Assembly (NCBI GenBank): GCA_951406725.2 | Contig: OX597816.1 | Location: forward strand, 140,554,001-140,618,000 | DNA from: Octopus vulgaris | Taxonomy: Eukaryota | DNA length: 64,000 nucleotides | Direction: 5' to 3' | Shown: positions 38,768 through 52,300 of the stretch, in pieces | Position numbering within the stretch: position 1 is the stretch's first letter | Layout: each line of letters begins with the position of its first letter | Position numbers and translations under genes: made by a program | Notes under the pieces: generated by a model | Databases searched by the model: none | What the model was told of the DNA's origin: nothing | What the model saw: the letters and a program-made list of their open reading frames with translations, nothing else

Positions 38768-40322
38768 TATAGTTTATTTGCCAACATAATGTGGCAGTCC
38801 TGACTAGGACTATGTTACTACATTTTTTTTGCCACATTATTGTGTAACGAAGACTAGGACAGTTGGGTAAAGAAGGGCCAATTTCTAACTATTGTGGGAA
38901 CTTGTGGGAGAGGTAGACCTAAAAATGAGGTGGTGAAGCATGATCTTCAGATGTTGAGTTTCATGAAGGTGAGGACAAGTGATCAAGACCTTTGACAACC
39001 TGCTGTGCTTGAGAAAACATGTCAAGCCAAGTGAAATCGTAGTTGTGACCAGTGCCGTGTAAAAGGAACCTGTGCCAGTGACATGTAAAAGGCACCCATT
39101 ACACTCTGGGAGTGTTTGGCATTAGGAAGGGCATCCAGCCATAGAAACCATGTCAAATCAGACTTGAGCCTGGTACAGCTCTCTGGCTTACCAGTCCCAG
39201 TGAAGCTGTCTAACCCATGCCAGCATGAAAAACAGATGCTAAATGATAATGACCACCTAAGCAGTTTTTCATGTAACTCCTTTAATTGCAGCTTTTCACT
39301 GAATTTGTTAAACAGCCTTATAAGTCCATGACATGGACTTACTGATTTATAATTTTGTTTCAGTATGTGAAAAAGCTTAGTGAGAAGGTCTGCTATTCTC
39401 TGGCTTGGTCAAAAGTTGAATTATTTGCTCAAAATGAGTTGATTTTTCAACAGGTAGACTTGTAATTTTTTTTTTAATGTCTGGTCTGGAAGAAAGAGCT
39501 ATGATCATAGCCTTCTCAGGCTATAACTGGTGAGATTGAACAGCTGCAGAAAAAACATAGGCTGGGAGGGAATTCGAAAGGGATGATGTTTTGTGTGTAA
39601 AAGGATTGAGAAAAAATTGATCAGTGCAAGACTGGAAGATTCTTGAATGGCAGCAACACAAGATTAATTTTTTTGAGAGTGCTGATTCCACTGTAAATAA
39701 TAAGATCTCTGGATTCTGTCTTATGTATTAGATATCACAGAAATTCACTTCCATTGCTTCAGTGGCATAATGTGGGTGTGTGAACTATTCAGAATAGCCG
39801 TATCTATTGTAGTTGAAGATATGTTACATTTAAGGGAGGATGTGGCCAATTTTGGCTGCTGTACAGAGCAATCAGAATCCACGGTATACTACTGTATTAG
39901 TTTGGAAATGCATTACAAGAATGCAAAAGTGAAATAGGAAGAATTGGGGCCTGGCTGGTTTCTTACAGCATTCTTTCAGGGTTTTGATTGGAATCTGAAT
40001 CCTTGCAGCATCTTCATATGATCTTTTCTGCAAAGGCCTGGCAAAAGATATTGGATTTATATTTTGTCCTTATTTATGACTACTCTACATTTGATGACAT
40101 GTTTAGGAAAGTTGTCTATTCTTCTTGGGAGAGAGGAAGAGTTTATTATGCTCCACCATTATGTTTTAAAACAAAGTATATTTTAATCTGTGCTTTAATC
40201 TTGTTTTCTTTTTTTAAAGTTCATTTTATCACCATCTATCATATTTACGAGATTTGGAGCAACCTGGGATTTTGAAATCATATGTTCAAGGTAAATCTCC
40301 TGAGGAATTTTTTCCCATTTGG

Positions 40323-40362
<40 letters not shown>

Positions 40363-43300
40363 CCCTTGACTATCACAAGTGTTATATCACCACCACCCCT
40401 GCAATAGGTGGAAGTCTGTGAAGTAGAAACAGTACTGTACTGTATATTTTTTAAAATTATTTTCATAATTTTTATATATTTATTTTATTACAAATGCAAA
40501 ACAACACCACAGAAAGCTTGAATAATAAACTGCAATTGGTGAACCATGATATGGCAAGGGATTACTGTATGTGTATATATATATATATATAGAGACAGAC
40601 AGACAGACAGACACACACTCACTCACTCACAGTTAGTAGTAGTAGAATATTGACTATAAGCATAAGTATTTCAGTAGATTCTCCTTTTTCAAACAGTTGC
40701 AGTGATGAATTCATACCTCCATCAATCAGAGCAATAATAGGAAACATTCTTACAATTTAATGCATTAGTACAAATTAGATCTCATCCTCAAATGCTCCAG
40801 ATAATTTGTAAAAGATGTATGTGTAAGTGAACAGTTTTTGCTTTTGAAGAAACTGTGATTATTATTCCCAAATTTTGGTACACTAATTAGTAGAAATAAT
40901 TGGTGTGTCAACTGAATCATTTCCCTTCTTTGTCATTTTTAATGTCAGTTCACTGTTGTACAAAGCATGCATTGATCCACATGTTAGGCATTTTGTCAGG
41001 AGATAGGCTTTCAATATAGGATTTACTCTCCATTAATATAAAACAAAATATCTTAAAATATCCAATAAGCCCAGTGAAAACAATTTTAAAGTATTTTCTG
41101 ATCAGGAGAGTAACAGATGAAAGCAAATTCTATAATTCCATCTACATTCACTAATAGAAAAGTTTTAAAGGTAATGATTTGGAGTTTTGAACTAGTTTTA
41201 GCATAATTTCTTGTCTTTCTTGTTAGCTTCTCTCATTTGTCAGGCATTTATTAAATTCAGTGCATAAATAAGCCCTACAGATCAGTGACACTCACAAGAC
41301 AGATCCATTTGACCTATGTTACAGAATTGCCTTATCACCTATATATTAACATGCAGTATTAAGAGAATAAACCAAATACATGGCAGACATCAGTTTTAAT
41401 TCTTCACAATTTACATATGTTATTGTTTTTTTTGTTTTTTCTTATTGTAAATTTGGTTTCCAACAGTGATAGTTTTAGAATATAATATAGAGTAGTCACA
41501 TATACAATAATACAGTTCCAACTTTGATCAAATATAAAAGTTAAATGTATTTTGGGTTATTTATAGCATTTGTTTTTACTGCAGGTATAACAGCTTTCCA
41601 ATTTGAACTTCCTTACAATTCAAGTGTTTTGAACAGTTGGATGAACATACCTCTGTTACTTGCTGGAGTGGATGGGGTAGCTGGTTTAAATGATGGCATC
41701 AGTATTGAAGAGATTGGAAATACCCGACCTCCACCTGTAGCAGTTACTCCTGGAAGAGTGGTAGAATCTGTTGATGTTTCTGTAGCAACATCACCTAGTA
41801 AAGAACTTCCAAATGAAGATCTTGTTGTTATTAAAAAGCTTCCTCCAGATCCCAAAACAGATGACAAACCATCGACTAGTAATACAGTTGAAGGTAAATG
41901 ATGTTGTTCTTCTCTTTCTCTCTAAGATATTTCATACTAGTCACAATTTCCTTTTAGAACATACCTTTACTAATTTCACTGTTGCTGTGGTGTTTTGCAT
42001 TTTAATCAGAGGAGGAGAGGCAGTGGGTTCTATATGGTGAGCATTCAACTTGGTGATTGTTGATAAATTTAAAGAAAATATGATGAGGGAGTACCACTTG
42101 GGTACATTTCTTGGGGGCTAATTGCAAACTACTTTCAAGTTCTTGGAGGCAAATTGCTGATTTCAAGTCTTGTGGAAGAAGCAGAGCTAATATTACAGAA
42201 TACATATATGGAATTGACAATGCCTTGGGAAGACTTCATGGAGTGGGTACATAAAAAAAGTACCTAAAATATGAGGGTTTTAGGGAGTTATGTGAGACAC
42301 ATGGAAGGTAGTTTACAATTCTTCCAGTGGAGGTGGGATATTGTGAATTTGTATCCACATCTATAATATCCTACTTGGCTGACATTGGACTTAAATAACT
42401 GAGTAGTGATTCCTGCACTGTTTATGTAAGCAAAGAATGCTTCATCATGGCTGTAGCAGAGGAATGTGAAAAAGAGACCAAAGCTGAGAATAAGGTACAA
42501 AATCTTAAGGGGATAGAAACAAAATAATTGATGAGTAACTACTGCTTTTGATTTGGTAAGATGACTGCATAATGAACAAAATGAGAAGGCCTTGTTACAA
42601 CAAGGACAATCCCTGTTAGCATCAATGCTGCTTGGCACTGGGTGGAGTGATACTGTCTTAAAGTTCCAAAATCATTGTGATCTCTAGTTGACATCTTCTA
42701 AAACCCCAGAATGCAGGCTGTGTATAAAATAATATTTGTAAATATAAAGAAATACTACTTTACGTGTGTGTATGTATGCAAAGAATTAGATTCCAAGGAA
42801 ACTAGTGGTTGCCTACCTAAGTATAATCAGTTAATAAAAGTTCACAAAGCTCAATAGGTTCTGCAAACTCTGTGTGTGTTCACTTGCAAGCATATATACA
42901 TAAGAATCAAGCTCTGATTTGAAATTATTTTCATTACTATTTTTATCATCTTTATGATAATGCCAAATATATTTGTTGATCATTCTGTTAATTTACTTTC
43001 AGTTATGTTTGTTATCCTATCTAGATAAAGGAGGTAGCAAAAAAGAGTTAAGCATCAGATTATGCTTACTGAGACCTTCAAAACATTTTTGTTGTGGGTG
43101 TGCTTAACATTTACCCATAAAAATCGCAACAATTTTCCTCAGGTTCTTCTGCTTCACAGATCCTGGTTTGGCAATTCAGTGTTCAGAATAGAAATTTAGC
43201 TGAGTATGTATTTCATCTTCCATCTATTGAAGGAATAATGTGTTTCCTCAAATTAAGTCATTATTAGTCACTCTTTCATTATATTAAGCTTTTCTACTCA

Positions 43301-46300
43301 TCACAATTTTACATTAGTGTTTTTTTCATGTTTGTCAAGATACACAAAGAGTGAATAAACATTAATTTTCCTTTTCTTTTTTTCTTCTTTCCTGATTAAC
43401 AGTCAAGACTGTTTTAAAGAAAAACATTAAAGAGAAATCAAATTCCGTATCTGACCCTGTAAATAACCCTTCACAGACCACAGATGACCTTTCACACAAA
43501 TCAGACAAAGATGTACGTGATAACACTAAACACAGTGATACATCAATATCATCAGACAATAATGTTCCACAGCAGACAGATTTAAACCCTAGTCATGATT
43601 CTAATCCTCAACCACAAAACAAACCCATGTCTGCTCATCAGAAAATTAATCAACGACCAAAGACCCTAGAGCTGTCTAACTCACCTGGTAACCATAGTCT
43701 GAATTTAGGCAACAGTTTAGAAGTTGCTTCAGGCTGGTCATCACATTTCCGTGAAGAAATGAATCCAGAAGTAATGACTGAACCTGCTGAAATAGTTGAA
43801 GTTCAAGATGGTAAGTCAACAGTTTTGTCATTTTGCTCCTACTTCATTTCTGCCCTGCTATTCCTACACTTCTGATACCAGACAACTGCTACTAATACAC
43901 AGCTTTTAATACCACAAACATTTGCATGAAAAGCTCTTTTGTCTCCATTAAAGAACATCAGTGATATCTCAATATCAGATTATAATTTTGACCCAGTTTT
44001 GCTTCCTCATCATTTCATTTAACCTGTCTTTGCTGCTTCTTCCTTGATATAGAGAGATCTTGTTATTTACTAACTAGACGCTGTATCAACTGTATAAAGA
44101 TATGGCAATATTTTTTCTAACAGTCAAATGAAATCAACTTTACTTTCCATTCTTTTGAGGTTAATAAATAAAGTACCAATCCAGAGTGATGGGTTAGCAT
44201 AATTATTAGAGCACTAGCTTAAAAACCGCCATATCTGGTGACTTTTAAACTGGCTCCTGTGGAGGGCTCTTCATTGGGCCTTGGGCCCAACAATGACACT
44301 TCATGCATTGAGTGCATATTAAATTTTATCAAACTTGACCAATATTTTTCAAGCAACGAACAATTTTGATCAAACAGTTTTATAATTTTTTTATAATTTG
44401 TCAACTTGGAACTTATTGCAAAGCTGCATGATAAACAACATTTTTTGTCTTCCCATTTGGGGGTCAGTACAATTTTTTTCTATCTAACCTCTTTCTTTCT
44501 CTCTCTTTCTTTCTGTTGATTATTTTCAACCATCATCAATACCACCACTATCGCCACGACATCTGCCATGCACGCACCATTCAGACTTCTTTGACTTTGC
44601 CGCCTTCCCCTCCACCACCATCACCACTGTCTTTCACATCATTTGCTATCACCATCATCCCTGACCGCCTCAGCTACCACCGCCACCACCACCATCACTG
44701 TTGCCTCTATCTCTATCACAACTACAGCTCATACTATTACTATCACCCCATTACCATCACAACCATCAATCTACTACTGCCCTCACCATCTCTATGCCAA
44801 CTATTACTCTCACTCCAGCAGGAGGAATAGTAGACATGTCATTGAATAGTGTGAGATGGGGTCAAAGTGTGACACACTGACACACAAATTTGTTTCGGCA
44901 TTTATTATTATAGATTAGATGAGATTTCTTGTAGTATCTCTTCTGGCTCTTTGCATTCTGATGGCAGTGGCAACATGACACTGATGCCAAGGTGTATCAG
45001 CCTTTACCTTTCACTTGGACAACATTAGTGTCATGGGGTGAGGAGGTTTAGATGCTTGGGCAACTGCTGGTTTTTCATAAAATCTTTGCTCAAGCATACA
45101 GCTAAGAGAAGAACTTTCCAGATGCAGACTTTTTGCCTCATGAGACATACAGAGGCCCTGGAATACTATTCTTACTATAATATATATATAACTGAAGCTT
45201 GCTTTAGCCTTAGATATCTTAGAAGGCATGACATTCTCCTTTAAAGATGTTCTGAGCTTCAGTGTCTTTTATAAGATAGTCAGAGGTGGAGTGATAGAAC
45301 TTTTTAATGTTGCAGACACTCCAGGACTAGTGAGATTGACATAGTTATGTTCAGTCTGTAGGAAAAATGCTGTCACAAAGGATAACTGTTGTGAGGAGGG
45401 AAGATTAAGCAAAATGTTAGGATATACAGTAACATGATCCATTAAAACAGTCCATTGTAGATGCAGTCAAAATAGACATGATAAAGAAAAAAGCAGCGTT
45501 TCTGTGAGCTAGAGTCTTTGTTTGTAGGCAATTGAATCTTTTCCAATCAGAGATGCAGTCTAGAAAATTTGTGTGTAAAGTAGTAGCACTATTCCATAGA
45601 TGTGAGCAGTACTCTAATGTCAGATTTGTGGAGTTCAGCAACTGATTAGAGCTGAAGTGGTATTTTCATCTTTGTGATGCAGTTTTGGCAGTGACATTGT
45701 AAGATCTTGCACATGTAGCATCTTTTTAATTAATAAAAATTAATGAAAAATTGCAACTGCACAGAGACTTTTGATATTGGTAATGAATCAAATATACACT
45801 GAACTGAGAAAAGACATCAGCTTCAACAACAGACATGACAGGAGTAACTATAATGATACTTAACTGAAGTAAAATTTTCACAATGTAATTTCTTAACGAG
45901 GTTGCCTAAAGAGGAAAGTATATGATTAGAGATTGATGGTATCTTTCAATTTGTAAAGATTACAGTTAAATCATTGGGTAGGACTAAATAGCTTATGTTG
46001 CTGATAAAAAGATGGTTGGTTGAAGAAGCTTGATTCAGCATAGGCAGTTCAGTAGTTGCAAAAAGATGCAATAGTTGAAACATTCAGTGTAATTGTCAAC
46101 ATTGATTAAAAATAGAGGTGGCAATGCAACTTGCAACATTTAAACTTTCATTTTCTGCAGTTTTATATTTATACTTCCATGTTTACATGGATGTTCCTAC
46201 CTTTGTTGGCAACAAAGGGCCTCTCCCTCAGAGTGAAAGGCAGATTGTATAATGCCTGTATGTGAACAGCTATGCTGCTACACAGCAGTGAAACATGGGC

Positions 46301-49300
46301 TGTGACAGCTGAGGACATATGTAAGCTTGAAAGAAATGAAGCCAGTATGCTTCACTGGATGTGTAATGTCAGTATGCATGTTCAACAGCATGTAAGCATC
46401 TTGAGAGAAAAGTTGGGCATAAGAGGCATCAAATGCGTTGTGCAAGAGTGACAACTGTGCTATGGTCGTGTGATACATATGGACGAGGATAGCTGTGTAA
46501 AGAAGTGCTGATCCCTAACTGTTGAGGGAACCTGTGGTAGAGGTAGACCCAGGAAGACATGGGACTAGGTGGTAAAGCATGATCTTCGAACTTTGGGCCT
46601 CACAGTGGCAATGACTAGTGACTGAGACCTTTAGCGATATGCTGTGCTTGAGAAGACCTGTCAAGCCAAGTGAAATCATAGTCATGGCTGATGTCACATA
46701 ACTGGCACCTGTGTCAGTGACATATAAAAAGCATTTTTCAAGTGTTGGGCCCCACAGAGGCAAAATGGTGAATGCCAGTGGCACACAAAAAGCTCATTTT
46801 GAATGCTGGGCTTCACGGAGGCAATGACAAAGACCTTTGGCATTATATTGTACTTGAGAAGAGCCATATGCATCACACGAGCATATCGCCAAAGGTCTCG
46901 GTCACTAGTCATTGCCATTGTGAGGCCCAAAGTTCAAAGATCATGCTTTACCACCTTGTCCCATGTCTTCCTGGATCTCCCTCAACAGAGATCAGCACTT
47001 CTTTACATAGCTATCCTTGTCCATATGCATCATACGACATATCAGCCAAGTAAAATCACAGTTGTGGCAGATACTAGTGTCATGCAAATGGTTTCTATAG
47101 CTGGATGCCCTTCCTAATGCCTTACACTCTCAGAATGGTTGGCATTAGGAGGGGCATCCAGCCATAGAAACCATGCCAAATCAGACTAGGGTATGGTGCA
47201 ACCTTCCAGCTTGCCAGCCCTGGTCAAACTATCCAACCCATATCAGCATGGACAATGGATGCTAAATGATGATGATGATGATTCTCCCCACTCAACTGTG
47301 TATTAAGGAAAAGATCATATTTTACAGTCCTTCACTGAGCCAAGAGCAAGTAGAGTTATGTATTTTTGCTCTCAACACAATTCAATGGCTGTAACAGTAG
47401 TCATAACTATATACTTTCTGAATCAAAAATATTCTAAAAAAGAAAAGTCTTTCAGCCACAGTATTGAATATTGATGAAGTTCTGATAAATACACCATCTT
47501 GACATTAAGGCCTTTGGTGTTTTTTTAACATATTGTTTGCTTCTTTCAAATAACTGCATCTTCAGTTTCATCATCATCATTTAACATCTGCGTTCCATGC
47601 TAGCATGGGTTGGATGGTTCGACCGAAGTCTGGGAAGCCAGGAGGCTGCACCAGGACCAGTCTGATCTGGCAGTGTTTCTAGAGCTGGATACCCTTCCTA
47701 ACGCCAACCACTCCGTGAGTGTAGTGGGTGCTTTTTACAGCCACCGGCACAGGTGCCAGGCAAGGCTGACAACAGCCACAATCGGTTGGTCCTTCTTACA
47801 TGCCACCAGCATGGAGGCCGGTTGAGGCGGTGCTGGCAACGGCCACGTTCGGATGGTTCTTTTACATGCCACTGGCACTGGTATCACAACTACAAAATTT
47901 TATTGTTGTGCATTACTACCATAATTTCCCCATCCAACATACTCAACCACCAAAATATTGGGTACAACTGCTATTGTCGTGTTTGTTTACTCTGATATCT
48001 TGCATTTTACTGATGCTTAGAAGCCCAATAAAATAAATATTTTTTTTATAAATTTTATTATTTTAGCAAATTATTTGAATATTGTATGTTTCAGTTGTGT
48101 GCAGTGTATTGCTTGTAGCCTAGATCTATGTGAAGTTTGAGGTGTATGGAAAAAAATGTTTACACATTTTGGTACATAGCAACAAAATAGCTTTCAGATA
48201 TTGATGATCATGATATATAGTATTTTAGCTGTCGTAGTAGTGCGATACTATCTGCAGCTGAAGAGAAAAGTTTCTGCGGTGTTTTCTATTTATTAAAATT
48301 GGATCAAATATTATTTCTAGTCCAGTAACAAATTTAGATGGGTGCACCTCAAATGTTGTCAGAGACTTTTTATTGTGTCATTCAGGAAGACACAATATTG
48401 TTATCCTCAACAATTAAGCAGAATCACAACAGATGATCAAAAAAAGTCATGAAATCATATTTTGTCTCTGATTCAGCTGTACATCTTTTAGTCTAGTTGT
48501 GAAACCTTCAGTTACTTCAATAATACAGTCATGACAGTATTTTATAACTGATGAGTATTTTGTTCACTTACAGTGTTGACTCAGTTTTATTTGTGTTGTA
48601 GTGTTTATGATAAAGCAGCCTCTCATTTCAGGGAACACATTATAATTAGATATTTGTCTATCCCTTACATAGACAATATAGTTTTATTTTTATCATATAC
48701 CAGTAATGCATTCTGATGTTGCCCGAATGTTATGACCTACAGCTACATTGTATTATTTGTTTTTTTCTTAAGGGCAGAATCAGCACACAAGGAGTATGAA
48801 GCAAATAACACTTCTTTATAAACATGTTTTTCAGTCATTTTGTGATGAACAATGCTGAAATTTTTGACACCAAAAACATGTACAATAGCAACTTAGATTA
48901 GAAAGAAATCTTAACACTGGCCACAAAATGACCTAAAAATTGTGCAACCAAGCCTCGTTTTGGTGCTAATTTTTGTAGTAAAATAGGTTTGCTGTGCCAA
49001 AAACTTACCTTACACTGCTAGCCGAAAGATTGCTCAATGTTTTGATATCTGATACAACAATATTGGCAACTCATTTTCATGGTTACAAATTGGGTAATGT
49101 AGAAACTGAACTAGTTCCTATCCATCCCATAATATTTGTTGATAACTGTGAACCACACAGATATACATTAGCTTCCCCAATGAAAAGGTCATGTCCAAAA
49201 GTACTATGGTTTTCTGCAAGCATATTTGGTATCAGTTTATATCAATGTTGAGGCCAACAGAATAAAGAAGGGACTTTTGGGGCTGTATGTATATATACAT

Positions 49301-52300
49301 ATATAAGGATATGAGTAAACAGTGTTATTGATGTGGGTAGTTTGACATAAATGTATACAGTCACTGTGCTTCTTGAAAAGAAATGGGTTATGCTGGTATG
49401 CAGAGGTTGGGTAGTAGTAATGGAGCGATGTATGACTTCATAGTTGATGAACTGTGAAAGCCTGAGAAATAAATTATCTTTACAGACCATGTTTGGAATT
49501 ATCTATATAATTGATAGCAAAGTGTGTATGATATGAAATGAAATGTGGATTTAGTCATATACCAATGAAGTTAGTGAAGTTGTAACATGTTATAGACAAC
49601 ATAGTATCTCCATACATTATAATGAGAAATTGAAAGAGAGAGGTAATGCCAATTTTTTTTACGTGTAGTATTTCAGTAGAATTCTATGCATGTGTGAAAC
49701 ATTAGAAGCAAATTGAAATATTGCCAGAAAAGGACTTCGAAATTGTGCGACGCAACCTCATTTCTGGGGTTATTTTATTAGTAAAAAAGAGTTGTTATGT
49801 GAAAAATATACTTTATTTGGTAGCTGAAAGATTACTGAATCTTTTGATACCCCATATGTTAAAATGAGCAACTGAGTTTTTGAATCCGTGAGGAACATTC
49901 ACACAAACACACACACAGAGTAGCTTTTTGAAAATGGTGAGGTTATGGGTAGATGTTGGGGAAGAAGATGTTAGTGTTTCTTCAAGAAAGAAGAAAATTC
50001 ATACTGTCTGATTGTTTCTCTGAGGATTACCAAGAAAAAGATGTGGAAAAAAGTTTTTAAAAAATGAAGAAATTGGGGTTGAGAGGGAGAAACTTAAAAT
50101 ATTGAGAACATGTGTTTTGGTGAAATGCAAATCTCTTGTATGGAAAAGATAGGATGTGAATAAATTTAGGGAAAAAATAAGGGGTGGGGACGCAAATGTC
50201 AGACATGTTAGAAACATCAGGTAAAAGACAGGATTTCTGGGTTAACTTCCTTGTAAGTTTATTTGGAAGATCAGGTTTTGAAATACACTCACCACAAAAG
50301 GAATGAGAGAATAGGATTTGAGCTGTAATTTTGCATGTACATGCAGTAAGATAGAACATAATTCATACAAAACTTTTACCTAGAGTGTGTGCCAAAGGAA
50401 GTTATTTTTACATACCTTTCTTAATTCCAAATGAAGAAAAAGTTGGGGAATACTTTCAAAATTGTAGTTGAGCTGTGATTGTGACGGCATGAAGAAGTGT
50501 GTGCACATATTTGTAGGGTTGACGTGCCTGAGAAACATGTATGAATTATCTGTGTAATTCATAGTAAAATATGTAAAAATGGAATGAAATCCAGGTTTTG
50601 TCATATATCGATGAAGTTAGTGAAGTTATAACATGTTGTTGACAACATAGTGTCTCCATACATTATAATGAGAAATTGAAAGAGAGAGATAATGCCAAAT
50701 TCTATGCATGCATGAAACATCGGACAAAAGTGAAACATTAGAAGCAAACCAAAATATTGCCGAAAAATGACCTCAAAATGTGCAACCTAACCTTGTTTCC
50801 AAGGTTATCAGTGTCTCCTTTTCTCCCACTTTCCACCTTTCTTTGTGCCAGCTTTCTTTTACCTTCACCTATAGAACATACATACAATATCAAATGTCAG
50901 CATGTCTCTCTCTCCCACTATCCCTCTGTCTTTCAACTTCTCCTATAGAAAGTTGTTTTCTCTCTCTATTTCTTTCTCTCTGTCTTTTTCTCATTTTGTG
51001 TTTCTCTCACTCACACATATTGTAGAAAGATTATAATGTTAAATTTTTGTAATGCAAATATGTAAATGAAAATAAAGTTTATTTGGTAGCCGAAAGATTA
51101 CTGAATCTTTTGATTCCTCATACATCAAAATCGGCAACTCAGTTTTCAAATCCATAAGGAACATACTCTCTCTCTCTTTCTTTCTCTCTCTCTCTCTTTT
51201 ATATATTAAGATGAACTAAAAAGAAAAATAGATAGCTGCAACAAACTCTGAATGGAACTCTGCATTCCACACTACACCTCTTAAACATTCTCTGATTGGC
51301 ATTCTACATTACACCCAATGTGTCTTGACTAACATACTTCACCCTTGCAGCATCTTCTTACACCATCGGCAAGTGACCTTCTACTACTTTATCCTGGCAT
51401 CTTGAGAGAGTATGGCAACAAATCTTGATAAGTTGCTAAGCGACAGTCCAACTGGTTTGATCAGTCCTCATCGTAAGCTGCTGAAAAGACCCTCTTTGAC
51501 TTAATTTACATATGTAAAAGATTCTTTATATTTGTTGGTTTATATTAGCTTATATTAGGATTTTATTTTAGTACTCTGAGATCCACTTATTTCAGTTTGC
51601 ACTTTCTTTTACTAACTACTACTAGCTTGAAATGACAACTAATACTAATATATAATAATAATAATAATAATAATAATTGTGGGTGTTGTATATTAACTGA
51701 TTTGATTGACAACAGGATTAGATGGACTTTTGATTTTACAGGGTGTCCCAGAAAGATTAATCCATTTTTATTTCTGAATTATTCAAAATAAACTTGAGGT
51801 AGGATAATGAAATTTGGCACACACACATTCTAATGTAAACTGTTAAGCAATTGCAGTAATTACATCTCAAAATGATAACCTTTTGCCTTGATCGTAGCCT
51901 GCAAATGAATGGTCACTGAATTGCATGAGCACCATACCACCTCTTCATCCAACTTGACACATGAAGACAAAAGGGCTTTCTTCAGATATGGCACGTTTGA
52001 ATAGGAGTGGGCAGAAACATTACTCTCTAAGATGGACCAGATAGCAAAGTCCGTGGGATTGATGTCTGGACTTAAGGGAGGCCATATCATCTTGTCCAAA
52101 AACCTGCTGAAATGTTCTTTGCACCACCTCTGTGTCAAATTGAATATGTGGGCTGGAGTCTTATCTTGTGTGAAGATGTAATAGTCACCAAAGTTTTCTG
52201 TGACCCAGGGTAACACTTCTCATCCAACATTTCCACATAAACTTCACTGTTGACTCTGATGCCAGCATCAATGAAGATCAAGGGAGACTTGGACCCATCA

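Noticed and set aside
44516-44849. His/Thr/Pro-rich ORFs
   Set aside because: Translation of a degenerate trinucleotide tract; no fitting splice sites.
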